From an uncultured Candidatus Saccharibacteria bacterium (GTDB lineage: Bacteria; Patescibacteriota; Minisyncoccia; Phycocordibacterales; UBA9973), in the NCBI GenBank assembly GCA_964646765.1, contig CAZYIA010000002.1:99467-163466 (forward strand): DNA of 64,000 bases. The letters run 5' to 3'. Under the pieces are notes generated by a model, which saw only the letters and a list, made by a program, of their open reading frames with translations, ran no database searches and was not told where the DNA came from. A program made the position numbers and the translations under genes. The stretch's first letter is position 1; every line of letters starts with the position of its first letter. Shown in pieces: positions 36,249 to 45,397 of this stretch.

Positions 36249-36449
36249 ATGAAGAAGAAAGTAAACTTTACTGATCTCAATACGACTGATCTCAAAGACA
36301 AGCTCGCAGAAGCTCGCAAAGCAGTTCACACAGCTTCGATGGCTCTCGCTGGCGTTCGTGGCAAAAGCTTAAAAGAAGCTCGCGTTGCGAAGAAAACTGT
36401 TGCCCAGATCATGACCGAGCTCACTAAGCGCACAAAGGCAAACGCATAA
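36249..36449 (+). CDS. rpmC: 50S ribosomal protein L29
   Basis: The 66-aa protein has the L29 pattern [20 protein letters not shown]. The position is conserved. Confidence 0.8.
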   Translation: MKKKVNFTDLNTTDLKDKLAEARKAVHTASMALAGVRGKSLKEARVAKKTVAQIMTELTKRTKANA

Positions 36450-36454
36450 CCTAT

Positions 36455-36706
36455 ATGACAAAGAACAAAGTACAAAACAAAACAGTAAAGACTTGGAAAG
36501 GCGTTGTTGTCTCTGACAAAATGGACAAGACCGTTGTTGTTCGTGTTGACCGCTACGTGAAGCACGCAAAGTACAAGAAGTACTACACCATTTCAAAGAA
36601 CTACAAAGCTCATGATCCAGAAAACAAAGCTAAGGTAGGCGACACTGTTACCATCAAAGAAACGAAGCCAATGTCGAAAGACAAGCGGTTTGCGGTAGTG
36701 TTTTAA
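36455..36706 (+). CDS. rpsQ: 30S ribosomal protein S17
   Basis: [32 protein letters not shown]...[18 protein letters not shown] matches S17. Confidence 0.9.
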   Translation: MTKNKVQNKTVKTWKGVVVSDKMDKTVVVRVDRYVKHAKYKKYYTISKNYKAHDPENKAKVGDTVTIKETKPMSKDKRFAVVF

Positions 36707-36709
36707 TAT

Positions 36710-37081
36710 ATGATTCAACCTCGCTCAATCGTAAAAATTACAGACAACGCTGGTGGTAAAGTAGGCCGCGTATTTAAAGTACTCGGTGGTTCAAAGAAGC
36801 GCTACGCTTCAATTGGTGAACTCGTCGTTATCTCTGTACAGATTGCTGAACCTCGCAAAGGCGTAAAGAAGAAGGATGTTCACCGTGCAGTTGTCGTTCG
36901 TCAGCGTAATGCGTTCCGCCGCAAGGACGGTTCATACATTCGCTTTGACGACAACGCAGTAGTGATCCTCGAAAAGGACAAGCCAGAACCAAAAGCTGGT
37001 CGCGTATTCGGTCCGATTCCACGTGAAGTTGGTGAAGCTGGCTACCAGAAAATTATTTCCCTCGCACCGGAAGTTCTCTAA
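36710..37081 (+). CDS. rplN: 50S ribosomal protein L14
   Basis: [44 protein letters not shown] matches L14. Confidence 0.92.
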   Translation: MIQPRSIVKITDNAGGKVGRVFKVLGGSKKRYASIGELVVISVQIAEPRKGVKKKDVHRAVVVRQRNAFRRKDGSYIRFDDNAVVILEKDKPEPKAGRVFGPIPREVGEAGYQKIISLAPEVL

Positions 37082-37091
37082 GAGTTTGTAT

Positions 37092-37391
37092 ATGCATATC
37101 AAGAAAGGAGACAACGTAATAGTAAAAACCGGTAAGGATAAGGGTAAGAAGGGCTCAGTGCTCCGTATCATGGGTGATCGCGTTCTCGTAGAAGGCGTTA
37201 ACATGGTAAAGAAGCACCAAAAGCCTCGCCGAAGTGGTGAAGCTGGTCAGATTCTCGATGTTGGTCGCTCAGTCCACATTTCAAACGTATCACCAGTTGA
37301 TCCAAAGACAGGCAAAGCTACACGCGTTGGTTCAAAAATGATCAGCGGCAAAAAAGTTCGCATTGCTAAGAAGAGCGGACAGGAGTTCTAG
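37092..37391 (+). CDS. rplX: 50S ribosomal protein L24
   Basis: [26 protein letters not shown] matches the L24 (KOW) signature. The start was moved from the listed 37023 to the Met after the rplN stop. Confidence 0.85.
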   Translation: MHIKKGDNVIVKTGKDKGKKGSVLRIMGDRVLVEGVNMVKKHQKPRRSGEAGQILDVGRSVHISNVSPVDPKTGKATRVGSKMISGKKVRIAKKSGQEF

Positions 37392-37392
37392 T

Positions 37393-37932
37393 ATGATTTC
37401 AGTTAAAGAAAAAGCAGAAAAAGCATTTGAGACGATGAAAGGTTCGTTCGGCTACAAAAACAAAATGGCCGCACCAAAACTCAAGAAAGTAGTTGTTTCA
37501 GTTGGTACTGGTAGCGCAATGAAGCGCGACAATAAGCGCAACGATTTCGTTCTCGGACGCCTCGCAAACATTACTGGCCAGAAGCCAGCAACTCGCCAGG
37601 CTAAGAAGTCAGTGGCATCATTCAAAATTCGTCAAGGTGATCCAATCGGTGTTGCGGTTACTCTCCGTGGTGCTCGCATGTACGCGTTCCTCGACAAGCT
37701 CTTCAATATTGCACTTCCTCGAACCAAAGACTTCCGTGGAATTGATGCAAAAGTTGTTGATGATATCGGAAACGTAACGCTTCCAATTAAAGAGCACACA
37801 ATCTTCCCAGAAACTGCTGATGAAGAATTGAAAGACGTGTTCTCTCTCGGAATCACTATCGTTACTTCTGCAAAGGATAAAAAAGAAGCAACTAAATTCT
37901 TCGAACTCATTGGCGTTCCGTTCAAAAAATAA
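37393..37932 (+). CDS. rplE: 50S ribosomal protein L5
   Basis: The protein has PKLKKVVVSVGTGSAMKRDNKR and RGARMYAFLDKLFNIALPRTKDFRG. The start was moved to MISVKEKAEK. Confidence 0.88.
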   Translation: MISVKEKAEKAFETMKGSFGYKNKMAAPKLKKVVVSVGTGSAMKRDNKRNDFVLGRLANITGQKPATRQAKKSVASFKIRQGDPIGVAVTLRGARMYAFLDKLFNIALPRTKDFRGIDAKVVDDIGNVTLPIKEHTIFPETADEELKDVFSLGITIVTSAKDKKEATKFFELIGVPFKK

Positions 37933-37937
37933 ATTGC

Positions 37938-37975
37938 AAAACAAAAACACCCCATACGGGGTGTTTTTGTTTTCT
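37938..37975 (+). terminator. Rho-independent terminator after rplE
   Basis: The hairpin aaacaccccatacggggtgttt is followed by TTGTTTTC. Confidence 0.6.
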
Positions 37976-38062
37976 ATTGACAAAAAGAGGAGTAATGAGG
38001 TAATTTAAAGGTCTCATTCTTAAATAATTAAATTTTTTCTAAACCAGTCAAACCAAGTTATT

Positions 38063-38542
38063 ATGAACACTGCAGCTCCAAAAATTTTGGGCGAGGACTT
38101 TAACCTTGCCGATGTAACCAATTTCTTCACTACTAACAATATGGCTATCGGCAATGATATCCGTACATTGTTAGGGAATATCGCTCGTTCCCCGGAGATT
38201 TATACCAAACCGGACACTGACGCCTTCAATCATTTCCTCTCTAAACCCGTTCAATCGCATGAGCAGGTATTGGGAGAACTTACTGATTGCGAAAAGGTGT
38301 TAGCTATCGGTTCTGTATATGGAACCAGTAACATCGAGCCGCTGCGTAAATTTTTGCGCAAAAATGATTCCAGCCACCCTGACTATTTTGAAAAGGAAAA
38401 AGAGTGTCTGCTGATTAAGCCCCGCCAGGAGCTTTTGAAAGGACACCTGATTACCTCAATTGCTGACCGGTTTAAAGGTCAGATTCAGGGACGCCCGATT
38501 GAAATCCGTGAAGGCTGGCAAGTTGTTGTGCTGCCTCATTAA
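38063..38542 (+). CDS. Hypothetical protein (159 aa) inserted in the spc operon
   Basis: The ORF is clean and followed by a 13-bp-stem hairpin (agccccgcaatac…gtatttgcggggct). I noticed more CTG (Leu) and CCG (Pro) codons than in neighbouring genes. Confidence 0.4.
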   Translation: MNTAAPKILGEDFNLADVTNFFTTNNMAIGNDIRTLLGNIARSPEIYTKPDTDAFNHFLSKPVQSHEQVLGELTDCEKVLAIGSVYGTSNIEPLRKFLRKNDSSHPDYFEKEKECLLIKPRQELLKGHLITSIADRFKGQIQGRPIEIREGWQVVVLPH

Positions 38543-38635
38543 CAAACGGTTACCGTTAAAAAAACAAGCCCCGCAATACCTTAAAAGTATTTGCGGGGCT
38601 AGTTTATTTATGGGGAGACATGCTATTGTTCCTCC

Positions 38636-39244
38636 ATGCAGAAAAAGGAACGTCTTGGTTTTAATATTGTTTTGCTTGGGCAAATTGCCGCTGGAAAAGA
38701 AACACAGGCGGCACTTCTTATGGAAAAATACGCTCTCCATCCTGTTGAATCAGGAAAGTACTGGCGTACGATGATGAAGGCTAAAACTAAAGAAGGGGAA
38801 TGGCTCCGTCGTACAACCGCCAAAGGACTGCCGGCTCCAGTATCACTGATGAAAAAATTCCTTGTTGAACGTATTAACAAAAAACCAAAAAATAAAGACC
38901 TTCTCTTTATTGGTAACCCACGATTGAAGCCGGAAGCCCAGCTTTTAAAAAAGTTGTTAGCAGCAAAGAAACAAGATTTCTTTGCGCTCTATATCTCACT
39001 TCCTGATAAGGAAATATATAATCGATCGCTCAAGCGAAAAGAAGGTGCCGGTAAGGCAATTTACAAAGTGCTTGATGAAAAGCACCTTATTGCTGCGCGT
39101 ATTAAATGGCATAAAGACCAGGTTGGTAAGACCGTGGCCTACTTTGATTCTCTCGGTAAATTAAAAAAAATTAACGGCAAACAAAGCATTGAAAAGGTGG
39201 CTGCTGATATTGAAAAAGCTATCGCTCAAGCTCGAAAAGCCTAA
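38636..39244 (+). CDS. Adenylate-kinase-like nucleoside-monophosphate kinase paralog with a variant P-loop (GKETQ instead of GKGTQ)
   Basis: The protein has FNIVLLGQIAAGKETQAALLMEKY, and its length and LID-like region match the adk family. The canonical adk is at 43325..43921. Confidence 0.5.
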   Translation: MQKKERLGFNIVLLGQIAAGKETQAALLMEKYALHPVESGKYWRTMMKAKTKEGEWLRRTTAKGLPAPVSLMKKFLVERINKKPKNKDLLFIGNPRLKPEAQLLKKLLAAKKQDFFALYISLPDKEIYNRSLKRKEGAGKAIYKVLDEKHLIAARIKWHKDQVGKTVAYFDSLGKLKKINGKQSIEKVAADIEKAIAQARKA

Positions 39245-39245
39245 A

Positions 39246-39276
39246 TTGACTTTTCGCCATTTCCTGATACTATAAT
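39246..39276 (+). promoter_or_regulatory. Candidate promoter (TTGACT, about 19 nt, perfect TATAAT) for rpsN and the distal spc genes
   Basis: aattgacttttcgccatttcctgatactataatgcc. A 7-bp-stem hairpin with a large loop (tcctgcc…ggcaggg followed by a T-rich tract) lies between it and rpsN. Confidence 0.4.
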
Positions 39277-39412
39277 GCCTAGGCACCTGTTACGGTTCCC
39301 AGTCCGTTTTTCTCCTTTAGATTACGCCTCGTTCCTGCCGAGCGCTGTAGCATAAAGAATAAAAACGCGATACTGGATCCTGGCAGGGGGCTTTTATTAA
39401 GTATTTTCTAGT

Positions 39413-39598
39413 ATGGCAAAAACATCAACGTACGTACGTTCTCAAAAAAAGCCCAAGTTCTCATCTCGGGCTAAGAACCGCTGCTTTCGCTGCGGTCGTG
39501 GTCGTGGTTTTATGCGTGATTTCGGACTCTGTCGTATTTGCTTCCGCGAGTTAGCAAACGAAGGAATGATTCCGGGCGTCCGCAAATCATCTTGGTAG
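39413..39598 (+). CDS. rpsN: 30S ribosomal protein S14, zinc-binding type Z (61 aa)
   Basis: [61 protein letters not shown] carries the Z-type C..C...C..C signature. Confidence 0.9.
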   Translation: MAKTSTYVRSQKKPKFSSRAKNRCFRCGRGRGFMRDFGLCRICFRELANEGMIPGVRKSSW

Positions 39599-39617
39599 TT
39601 TTTTAAAGCACACGATT

Positions 39618-40004
39618 ATGGATCCAATTTCCAACATGGCAATCGCCTTAAAAAACGCTTCTCTTGCTTCACACGAAAGCATCACTGTGCCTTTTTCAAA
39701 GGTAAAGCTTGCTCTCGCAGAAGCTCTCGAGAAAGCTGGTTTCGTTAAGGCCGTTGCAAAAAAAACAAAGAAGAACCTCCAGGTTCTCGAAGTTACCCTC
39801 GCTTATACGAATGGCAAGCCAAAGATTAGTGGCGTTGAGCGTGTTTCAAAACCGTCTCGCCGTCTCTATATCAATACTCGGGCAATGAAAAAGCCGCTCG
39901 GTGGCGTTGGTACTGAATTTATTTCCACCCCGAAAGGGATTTTGACTAGTCGCGAGGCTCACCTCGAACACGTCGGCGGCGAAGTTATGCTTAAAGTTTG
40001 GTAA
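39618..40004 (+). CDS. rpsH: 30S ribosomal protein S8
   Basis: DPISNMAIALKNASLASHESITVPFSKVKLALAEALEKAGFV matches S8. Confidence 0.9.
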   Translation: MDPISNMAIALKNASLASHESITVPFSKVKLALAEALEKAGFVKAVAKKTKKNLQVLEVTLAYTNGKPKISGVERVSKPSRRLYINTRAMKKPLGGVGTEFISTPKGILTSREAHLEHVGGEVMLKVW

Positions 40005-40008
40005 CTAT

Positions 40009-40542
40009 ATGTCACGAGTTGGTAAACAAGTTATAACAATTCCATCTGGTACTGAGGTTAAACTCGACAATGGAATGGTTTCAGTGAAAGGTCCAAAAGG
40101 AACTCTCACTCGTCCGGTGCTCGACAATGTGGTTATCACCATTGAAGGCACAACCGTTCGCTTTGAACCAAAGCGCAACGATGGTTTCACAAAAGCTCTT
40201 TGGGGAACCTATGCTTCGCACGTCAAAAATATGATCGCTGGTGTGAACACCCCGTTCGTTAAGAAACTCATTCTCGAAGGTGTTGGTTTCAAGAGCGATG
40301 TGAAAGGAAAGAATCTCGAGCTTGCGCTTGGTTTCTCTCACCCAGTATCAGTAGCAATTCCTGAAGGTCTTACCGTGACCGCAGAAAAGAACCTCATCAC
40401 AATCACTGGAGTCGACAAGGAAAGTGTTGGTCAGTATGCGGCAAAGATCCGCGCACTCAAGAAGCCAGAACCATATAAGGGTAAAGGTTTTCGCTACGAC
40501 ACTGAAGTTATTCGCCGCAAGCAGGGTAAGAAAACTGCATAG
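40009..40542 (+). CDS. rplF: 50S ribosomal protein L6
   Basis: MSRVGKQVITIPSGTEVKLDNGMVSVKGPKGTL with a two-domain length matches L6. Confidence 0.9.
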   Translation: MSRVGKQVITIPSGTEVKLDNGMVSVKGPKGTLTRPVLDNVVITIEGTTVRFEPKRNDGFTKALWGTYASHVKNMIAGVNTPFVKKLILEGVGFKSDVKGKNLELALGFSHPVSVAIPEGLTVTAEKNLITITGVDKESVGQYAAKIRALKKPEPYKGKGFRYDTEVIRRKQGKKTA

Positions 40543-40545
40543 TGT

Positions 40546-40896
40546 ATGAAAGCAACTAACAAACAAAACGAAAAGCGTTCACGACTCAAGGCAAAGATCC
40601 GCGCAAAAGTGTTTGGAACACAGGAGCGCCCACGCCTTTCAGTCTATCGCTCAAATAAATTCATTTACGCTCAAATCATTAACGACGACATGGGCAAGAC
40701 TCTTGTTTCTGCTTCTGATGTTTCAACAACGAAGGGAACAAAGATTGAACGTGCTGAAAAAGTTGGTACTGATATTGCAGCTGCCGCAAGTGCAAAAGGT
40801 ATCAAAGCAGTTGTCTTCGATCGTAACGGATTCAAGTATATTGGTCGCATTAAACTTCTCGCTGACGCCGCTCGCAAGGCCGGTTTAGTTTTCTAA
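40546..40896 (+). CDS. rplR: 50S ribosomal protein L18
   Basis: [28 protein letters not shown]...[25 protein letters not shown] matches L18. Confidence 0.9.
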   Translation: MKATNKQNEKRSRLKAKIRAKVFGTQERPRLSVYRSNKFIYAQIINDDMGKTLVSASDVSTTKGTKIERAEKVGTDIAAAASAKGIKAVVFDRNGFKYIGRIKLLADAARKAGLVF

Positions 40897-40900
40897 ATTT

Positions 40901-41548
40901 ATGGATACTCCTACAACAACAAATGCTGCTTCGGCTACCGGAGCACAGAAGCCTCGACCAGCAAACGATCGTCGCCGTCCAGGTGGTCCTCGTGGCCAAG
41001 GTGGTCCACGCCGTGGTGGTGATCGAGGTGGTAATCGCCCAAACTTTGAGCGCCCTCGACCAGAATTTGAACAAAAAATGCTCGCTGTTCGCCGCGTAAC
41101 CCGTGTGGTTGCTGGTGGACGCCGCATGTCATTTGCTATCGCACTCGCGATTGGTGACAAAAAAGGTTCAATCGGTCTCGGTACTGGTAAAGCTGGTGAT
41201 ACTTCACTCGCTATCAACAAAGCAGTTCGTGATGCAAAGAAAAATCTCATTCGCATCAAGACCACTAAGAATTTTTCAATTCCTCAGGTTGTGTCTGCTA
41301 AGTATGGCAGTGCTGAAGTAATGATTATGCCTAACCGTGGTAAAGGTCTTGTGGCTGGTTCTGCAGTTCGTGATCTTCTCTCTCTCGCTGGTATTAAAGA
41401 CACTACTTCAAAAGTGCTCACTGGTTCGAAAAACAAGTTAAACATTGCTCGCGCAACTATGCTCGCGCTCTCTCGCATTGCGGACAAGAAAACTTCTTTC
41501 CCGATGACTGAACAGAAAGCGTTCGTTGCTGATGCTCCAGCAGAGTAA
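40901..41548 (+). CDS. rpsE: 30S ribosomal protein S5 (with an Arg/Gly-rich N-terminal extension)
   Basis: RRVTRVVAGGRRMSFAIALAIGDKKGSIGLGTGKAGDTSLAINKAVRDAKKNLIRI matches the S5 dsRBD and C-terminal domain. Confidence 0.9.
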   Translation: MDTPTTTNAASATGAQKPRPANDRRRPGGPRGQGGPRRGGDRGGNRPNFERPRPEFEQKMLAVRRVTRVVAGGRRMSFAIALAIGDKKGSIGLGTGKAGDTSLAINKAVRDAKKNLIRIKTTKNFSIPQVVSAKYGSAEVMIMPNRGKGLVAGSAVRDLLSLAGIKDTTSKVLTGSKNKLNIARATMLALSRIADKKTSFPMTEQKAFVADAPAE

Positions 41549-41553
41549 ACTTT

Positions 41554-41985
41554 ATGCAAACTCACTCACTTAAACGAAATCATCCAAACAAGGACGCAAA
41601 GCGCGTTGGTCGCGGTGGCCGATTTGGAAAGACTTCTGGCCGCGGTACAAAAGGTCAGAACGCTCGCGCAGGTCGCAAGAAGTGGCCTGAACTCCGCACC
41701 ATCATTAAGCGTTTACCAAAACTTCGTGGTTACCGTTTCAATTCAATCCACGACAAGCCTCTTACCGTAAATCTTATTGCTCTCGAAGCTGCTTTCAAGG
41801 CAGGAGAAACGGTTACTCCGGTAACACTTCGTGAACGTGGTGTTATTAAGAACACCAAGAGCACTGGCGCACAGGTTAAAATTCTTGCGACTGGTGACAT
41901 TACCAAAGCACTCACCGTTTCAGGCTGCACGCTTTCTGAGACTGCCAAGGAGAAAATTACGAAAGCTGGTGGTACTGTTAAGTAA
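41554..41985 (+). CDS. rplO: 50S ribosomal protein L15
   Basis: VGRGGRFGKTSGRGTKGQNARAGR matches the L15 N-terminus. It follows rpsE directly, with no rpmD (L30) between them. Confidence 0.9.
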   Translation: MQTHSLKRNHPNKDAKRVGRGGRFGKTSGRGTKGQNARAGRKKWPELRTIIKRLPKLRGYRFNSIHDKPLTVNLIALEAAFKAGETVTPVTLRERGVIKNTKSTGAQVKILATGDITKALTVSGCTLSETAKEKITKAGGTVK

Positions 41986-41991
41986 CCCCCT

Positions 41992-43266
41992 ATGAACTCA
42001 CTTATTCAAAAGATAAAGACAGTTTTCACGGATGCTTCGATTCGTCGTCGTGTTATCGTGGTACTTCTTTCCCTCGTTGTCTTCCGACTGCTTGCGTCGA
42101 TTCCAGTTCCTGGTATTGATGCAAATCGTTTGGCAGCATTCCTCGCTAATAACCAGTTTCTCGGTATCTTAAACATCTTCTCAGGTGGTGGACTTTCAAA
42201 CCTTTCGGTGATCATGCTCGGTGTTGGTCCGTACATTACGGCTTCCATCGTGCTTCAACTCCTCACGATTATGGTGCCATCACTTAAGCGTCTCTACCAA
42301 GAAGAAGGTGAAGCTGGCCGCAAGAAATTTGCCCAGTACTCACGTCTTCTTACAGTACCGCTTGCTGCTGTTCAAGGATTTTCCCTCATGACCATTCTTG
42401 AACGACAGGGAATTCTGGTTAGCCCAGATCTCTTTCACAAGTTTGTAACCCTCGCGGTTATCATTGGGGGCTCACTACTCCTTATGTGGATTGGAGAACT
42501 TGCTACTGAATTTGGTATTGCAAACGGTGTCTCGCTTATTATCTTTGCTGGTATCGTTGCTCGTCTTCCTCGTGAAGTTGGACAACTTCTCTTTACCTTC
42601 GATGCTTCGCAGATTCCGCAGTACATCGTATTCCTTTTGGTTGCTGCTCTCCTTATTCTTGGAGTGGTTATCGTTACTGAAGCGGAACGTCCAATTCCAG
42701 TAACGTATGCTCGCCGAGTTACGGCAACAGGACGCGCAACAGGTGGTGTCTCAACATACCTTCCAATTCGCGTGAACCAGGCTGGTGTGATGCCAATCAT
42801 CTTTGCGCTTTCACTCCTCCTCATTCCGCAGCTTCTTGGAACCCTTCTGTCGAATAATGCGCATGCATCTCTCCAAGCAATTGGTCATACACTCGCACTA
42901 TTCACTCAGAATACTTGGGGCTATCTTGTTGCCTACTTCGTTCTCGTGTTTGTCTTTACCTACTTCTATACAGCGATTACTTTCGAACCACATCAGCTCG
43001 CTGAAAATCTTCAGAAAGGTGGTGCGTTCGTTCCAGGTATTCGCCCAGGTAACGATACCGAGCAGTACGTTGGCAACATTGTTTCTCGCATTACCTTTAT
43101 TGGTGCGCTCTTCCTCGGTGTTATTGCGATCTTGCCACTTCTCATGCAGAAGTTAACTGGCATCACCGCAATTGCAGTCGGTGGCACAGCGCTCCTCATC
43201 GTAGTGTCTGTTGTGCTTGATTTCTTGAAACGAATCGACGCTCAGCTTGCGATGCGCGAGTACTAA
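41992..43266 (+). CDS. secY: Preprotein translocase subunit SecY
   Basis: Ten transmembrane helices are present, and the protein has GIDANRLAAFL, FSGGGLSNLSVIMLGVGPYITASIVLQLL and IPGIRPG. Confidence 0.92.
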   Translation: MNSLIQKIKTVFTDASIRRRVIVVLLSLVVFRLLASIPVPGIDANRLAAFLANNQFLGILNIFSGGGLSNLSVIMLGVGPYITASIVLQLLTIMVPSLKRLYQEEGEAGRKKFAQYSRLLTVPLAAVQGFSLMTILERQGILVSPDLFHKFVTLAVIIGGSLLLMWIGELATEFGIANGVSLIIFAGIVARLPREVGQLLFTFDASQIPQYIVFLLVAALLILGVVIVTEAERPIPVTYARRVTATGRATGGVSTYLPIRVNQAGVMPIIFALSLLLIPQLLGTLLSNNAHASLQAIGHTLALFTQNTWGYLVAYFVLVFVFTYFYTAITFEPHQLAENLQKGGAFVPGIRPGNDTEQYVGNIVSRITFIGALFLGVIAILPLLMQKLTGITAIAVGGTALLIVVSVVLDFLKRIDAQLAMREY

Positions 43267-43288
43267 ATTCTTCTCGAAAGGATTAAAA

Positions 43289-43316
43289 ACAGCCTGCTTT
43301 CGCAGGCTGTTTTTGT
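43289..43316 (+). terminator. Rho-independent terminator between secY and adk
   Basis: aaacagcctgctttcgcaggctgttttt. Confidence 0.55.
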
Positions 43317-43324
43317 GTGTTAGG

Positions 43325-43921
43325 ATGGCTCGTATGAATCCTAAAACCTATGTATTTTTCGGTAATGTTGGTGCCGGAAAGGGAACCCAGATTGAACGCC
43401 TCCAGAAATACCTTAAGGAAAAAACTGGCCAAGATACAGCATACGCGTATCCAGGCGGAGAGTTTCGGAAACTCATTGGTGGAACAGGTTATACCTCGTC
43501 GTTGGTAAAAGATATTTTGAGCGCTGGGAAATTAGTACCGATGTTCCTGGTTTCGTGGGTTATTGGCAATGTTCTAGTTGAAAAACTTACCAGCCCTGAC
43601 ATGCATGTAATTTTTGACGGTTTCCCACGATCACTCGATCAGGTAATTGCTTTTGAATCGACGCTCGATTTGTATAAGCGTACAAATGTTGAACTTGTCT
43701 ATATCGAAGTGCCGAAAGAGGAAGTGATTAAACGCATGAAGCTACGCGGTCGTTTTGATGACACCGATGAAGGTATTGCTCAGCGTTTTTCGGAGTATGA
43801 AAACAATGTACTTCCTGCATTAAATCTTTTGAAAGAAAAGGGATACCCAGTACATACGATTCATGGAGCTCAGAGTATTGAAGAAGTATTTGCTGATCTC
43901 GTTAAAGCGCTCAATGTGTAA
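43325..43921 (+). CDS. adk: Adenylate kinase
   Basis: MARMNPKTYVFFGNVGAGKGTQ carries the canonical GxxGxGKGTQ P-loop. The start was moved from the listed TTG at 43247 to the ATG after the terminator. Canonical position after secY. Confidence 0.8.
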   Translation: MARMNPKTYVFFGNVGAGKGTQIERLQKYLKEKTGQDTAYAYPGGEFRKLIGGTGYTSSLVKDILSAGKLVPMFLVSWVIGNVLVEKLTSPDMHVIFDGFPRSLDQVIAFESTLDLYKRTNVELVYIEVPKEEVIKRMKLRGRFDDTDEGIAQRFSEYENNVLPALNLLKEKGYPVHTIHGAQSIEEVFADLVKALNV

Positions 43922-43923
43922 GT

Positions 43924-44604
43924 ATGAATAATCGCACCATCATCTCTCTCGGCGGTTCACTCGTAGTACCAAACGGTATCGATACCGAATTTTTGTCTAC
44001 GTTTGTTTCGCTTATAAAAAAAGAAGCAGAGAATGGTAAAGAATTTTCGATTGTGGTTGGTGGTGGCAAAGTGGCGCGTGATTACCGCGACGCACTTACT
44101 GCTCTTGGAGTTTCAGATAACGATATCCTTGATTGGCAGGGGATTTACGCCACACGATTGAATGCCGAGCTCGTTCGCCTCGCATTTGGTGAAACTGCTG
44201 AACCAGAAATTTTTCTTGAACCAGCGCAAGCTAGTTTTAAAACTAAGCGTATTCTCATTGGCGGCGGCTGGAAGCCAGGTCACTCAAGTGATGGTGCTGC
44301 TGTTGGCCTTGCAGAAGCACTTAAAGCGGGAACACTCATTAATCTTTCAAATATCGACTACGTCTACACTGATGACCCTCGCAAAAATCCTGAAGCCACA
44401 CCAATCGAAAAAATTAGTTGGGCAGAGTTTCGAAAGTTACTACCAACAGAGTGGAATCCTGGTGTGAATGCACCATTTGATCCAGTTGCCGCACAGATGG
44501 CCGAAAAAATTGGTCTTACTGTTGTGGTGATGAATGGCAAAAATTTGAATAATCTTAAAGCGTACCTTTCTGGCGAGCAGTTTATTGGTACGGTCATTTC
44601 TTAG
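43924..44604 (+). CDS. pyrH: Uridylate (UMP) kinase, short archaeal/CPR-type amino-acid-kinase fold
   Basis: IISLGGSLVVPNG...IVVGGGKVARDY...ILIGGGWKPGHSSDGAAV is the amino-acid-kinase family pattern. The length is about 225 aa. Confidence 0.65.
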   Translation: MNNRTIISLGGSLVVPNGIDTEFLSTFVSLIKKEAENGKEFSIVVGGGKVARDYRDALTALGVSDNDILDWQGIYATRLNAELVRLAFGETAEPEIFLEPAQASFKTKRILIGGGWKPGHSSDGAAVGLAEALKAGTLINLSNIDYVYTDDPRKNPEATPIEKISWAEFRKLLPTEWNPGVNAPFDPVAAQMAEKIGLTVVVMNGKNLNNLKAYLSGEQFIGTVIS

Positions 44605-45376
44605 TATGGCTATCATTATTAAAACCGAAGAAGAAATTGCGCATCTTCGTGAGGGGGGCAAGCGCTTAGCAAAAATTTTAGCTGAGGTGGCAACTCATGT
44701 CCGCCCAGGTATTTCTACACTCGAACTCGACAAAATTGCGGAAGGGCTTATTCGTGATGGTGGAGACGAACCAGCATTCAAAGGTTATCGCCCAGCTCAC
44801 CATATGGCTCCGTATCCAGCGTCGCTTTGTACCTCACTAAATAGTGAAGTGGTACATGGTATTCCACGAGCGAGCGTTATCTTAAAAGAAGGTGATATTG
44901 TTTCGCTCGATCTTGGTTTAAAACACAAAAATCTTTTTACCGATCACGCTATTTCAGTTATCGTTGGCAAAGGCTCAAAGAAAGATCAAGAATTTTTGGA
45001 AAACACTAACGAAGCACTACTTGTGGGAATTTATGAAGCAGTAGCAGGGAATCGCACAGGTGATATCGGCGCGGCTATTTCGGAATTTGTAAAACCATTT
45101 AAATATGGGGTGGTTCGTGATCTTGCTGGTCATGGTGTTGGGCGTGCAATCCACGAAGATCCATTTATTCCAAACTATGGCAAACGAGGAACTGGAGCGC
45201 TATTAGAGCCAGGAATGGTAGTTGCTCTTGAGCCAATGCTTACCCAAGGTGGTGCTCCGACAATCGTTGATGCTGACGGCTACACCGTTCGTACTGCCGA
45301 CGGTTCTCGCGCTGCTCACTTTGAACACACGATTCTCATCACTGAAGGAGAGGCTGAAATCCTGACTATTTTCTAA
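44585..45376 (+). CDS. map: Methionine aminopeptidase, type I
   Basis: IKTEEEIAHLREGGKRLAKIL, metal-ligand His/Asp/Glu positions (HGIP...; DLG; HGVGRAIHEDP; EPM; FEHT). Confidence 0.88.
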   Translation: MVRSFLSMAIIIKTEEEIAHLREGGKRLAKILAEVATHVRPGISTLELDKIAEGLIRDGGDEPAFKGYRPAHHMAPYPASLCTSLNSEVVHGIPRASVILKEGDIVSLDLGLKHKNLFTDHAISVIVGKGSKKDQEFLENTNEALLVGIYEAVAGNRTGDIGAAISEFVKPFKYGVVRDLAGHGVGRAIHEDPFIPNYGKRGTGALLEPGMVVALEPMLTQGGAPTIVDADGYTVRTADGSRAAHFEHTILITEGEAEILTIF

Positions 45377-45397
45377 GGTGCGCTATAATAGTGGGAG

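Noticed and set aside
43247-43324. TTG-initiated N-terminal extension of adk overlapping secY
   Set aside because: It overlaps the secY 3' end and the intergenic terminator. The canonical adk N-terminus begins at the ATG at 43325.
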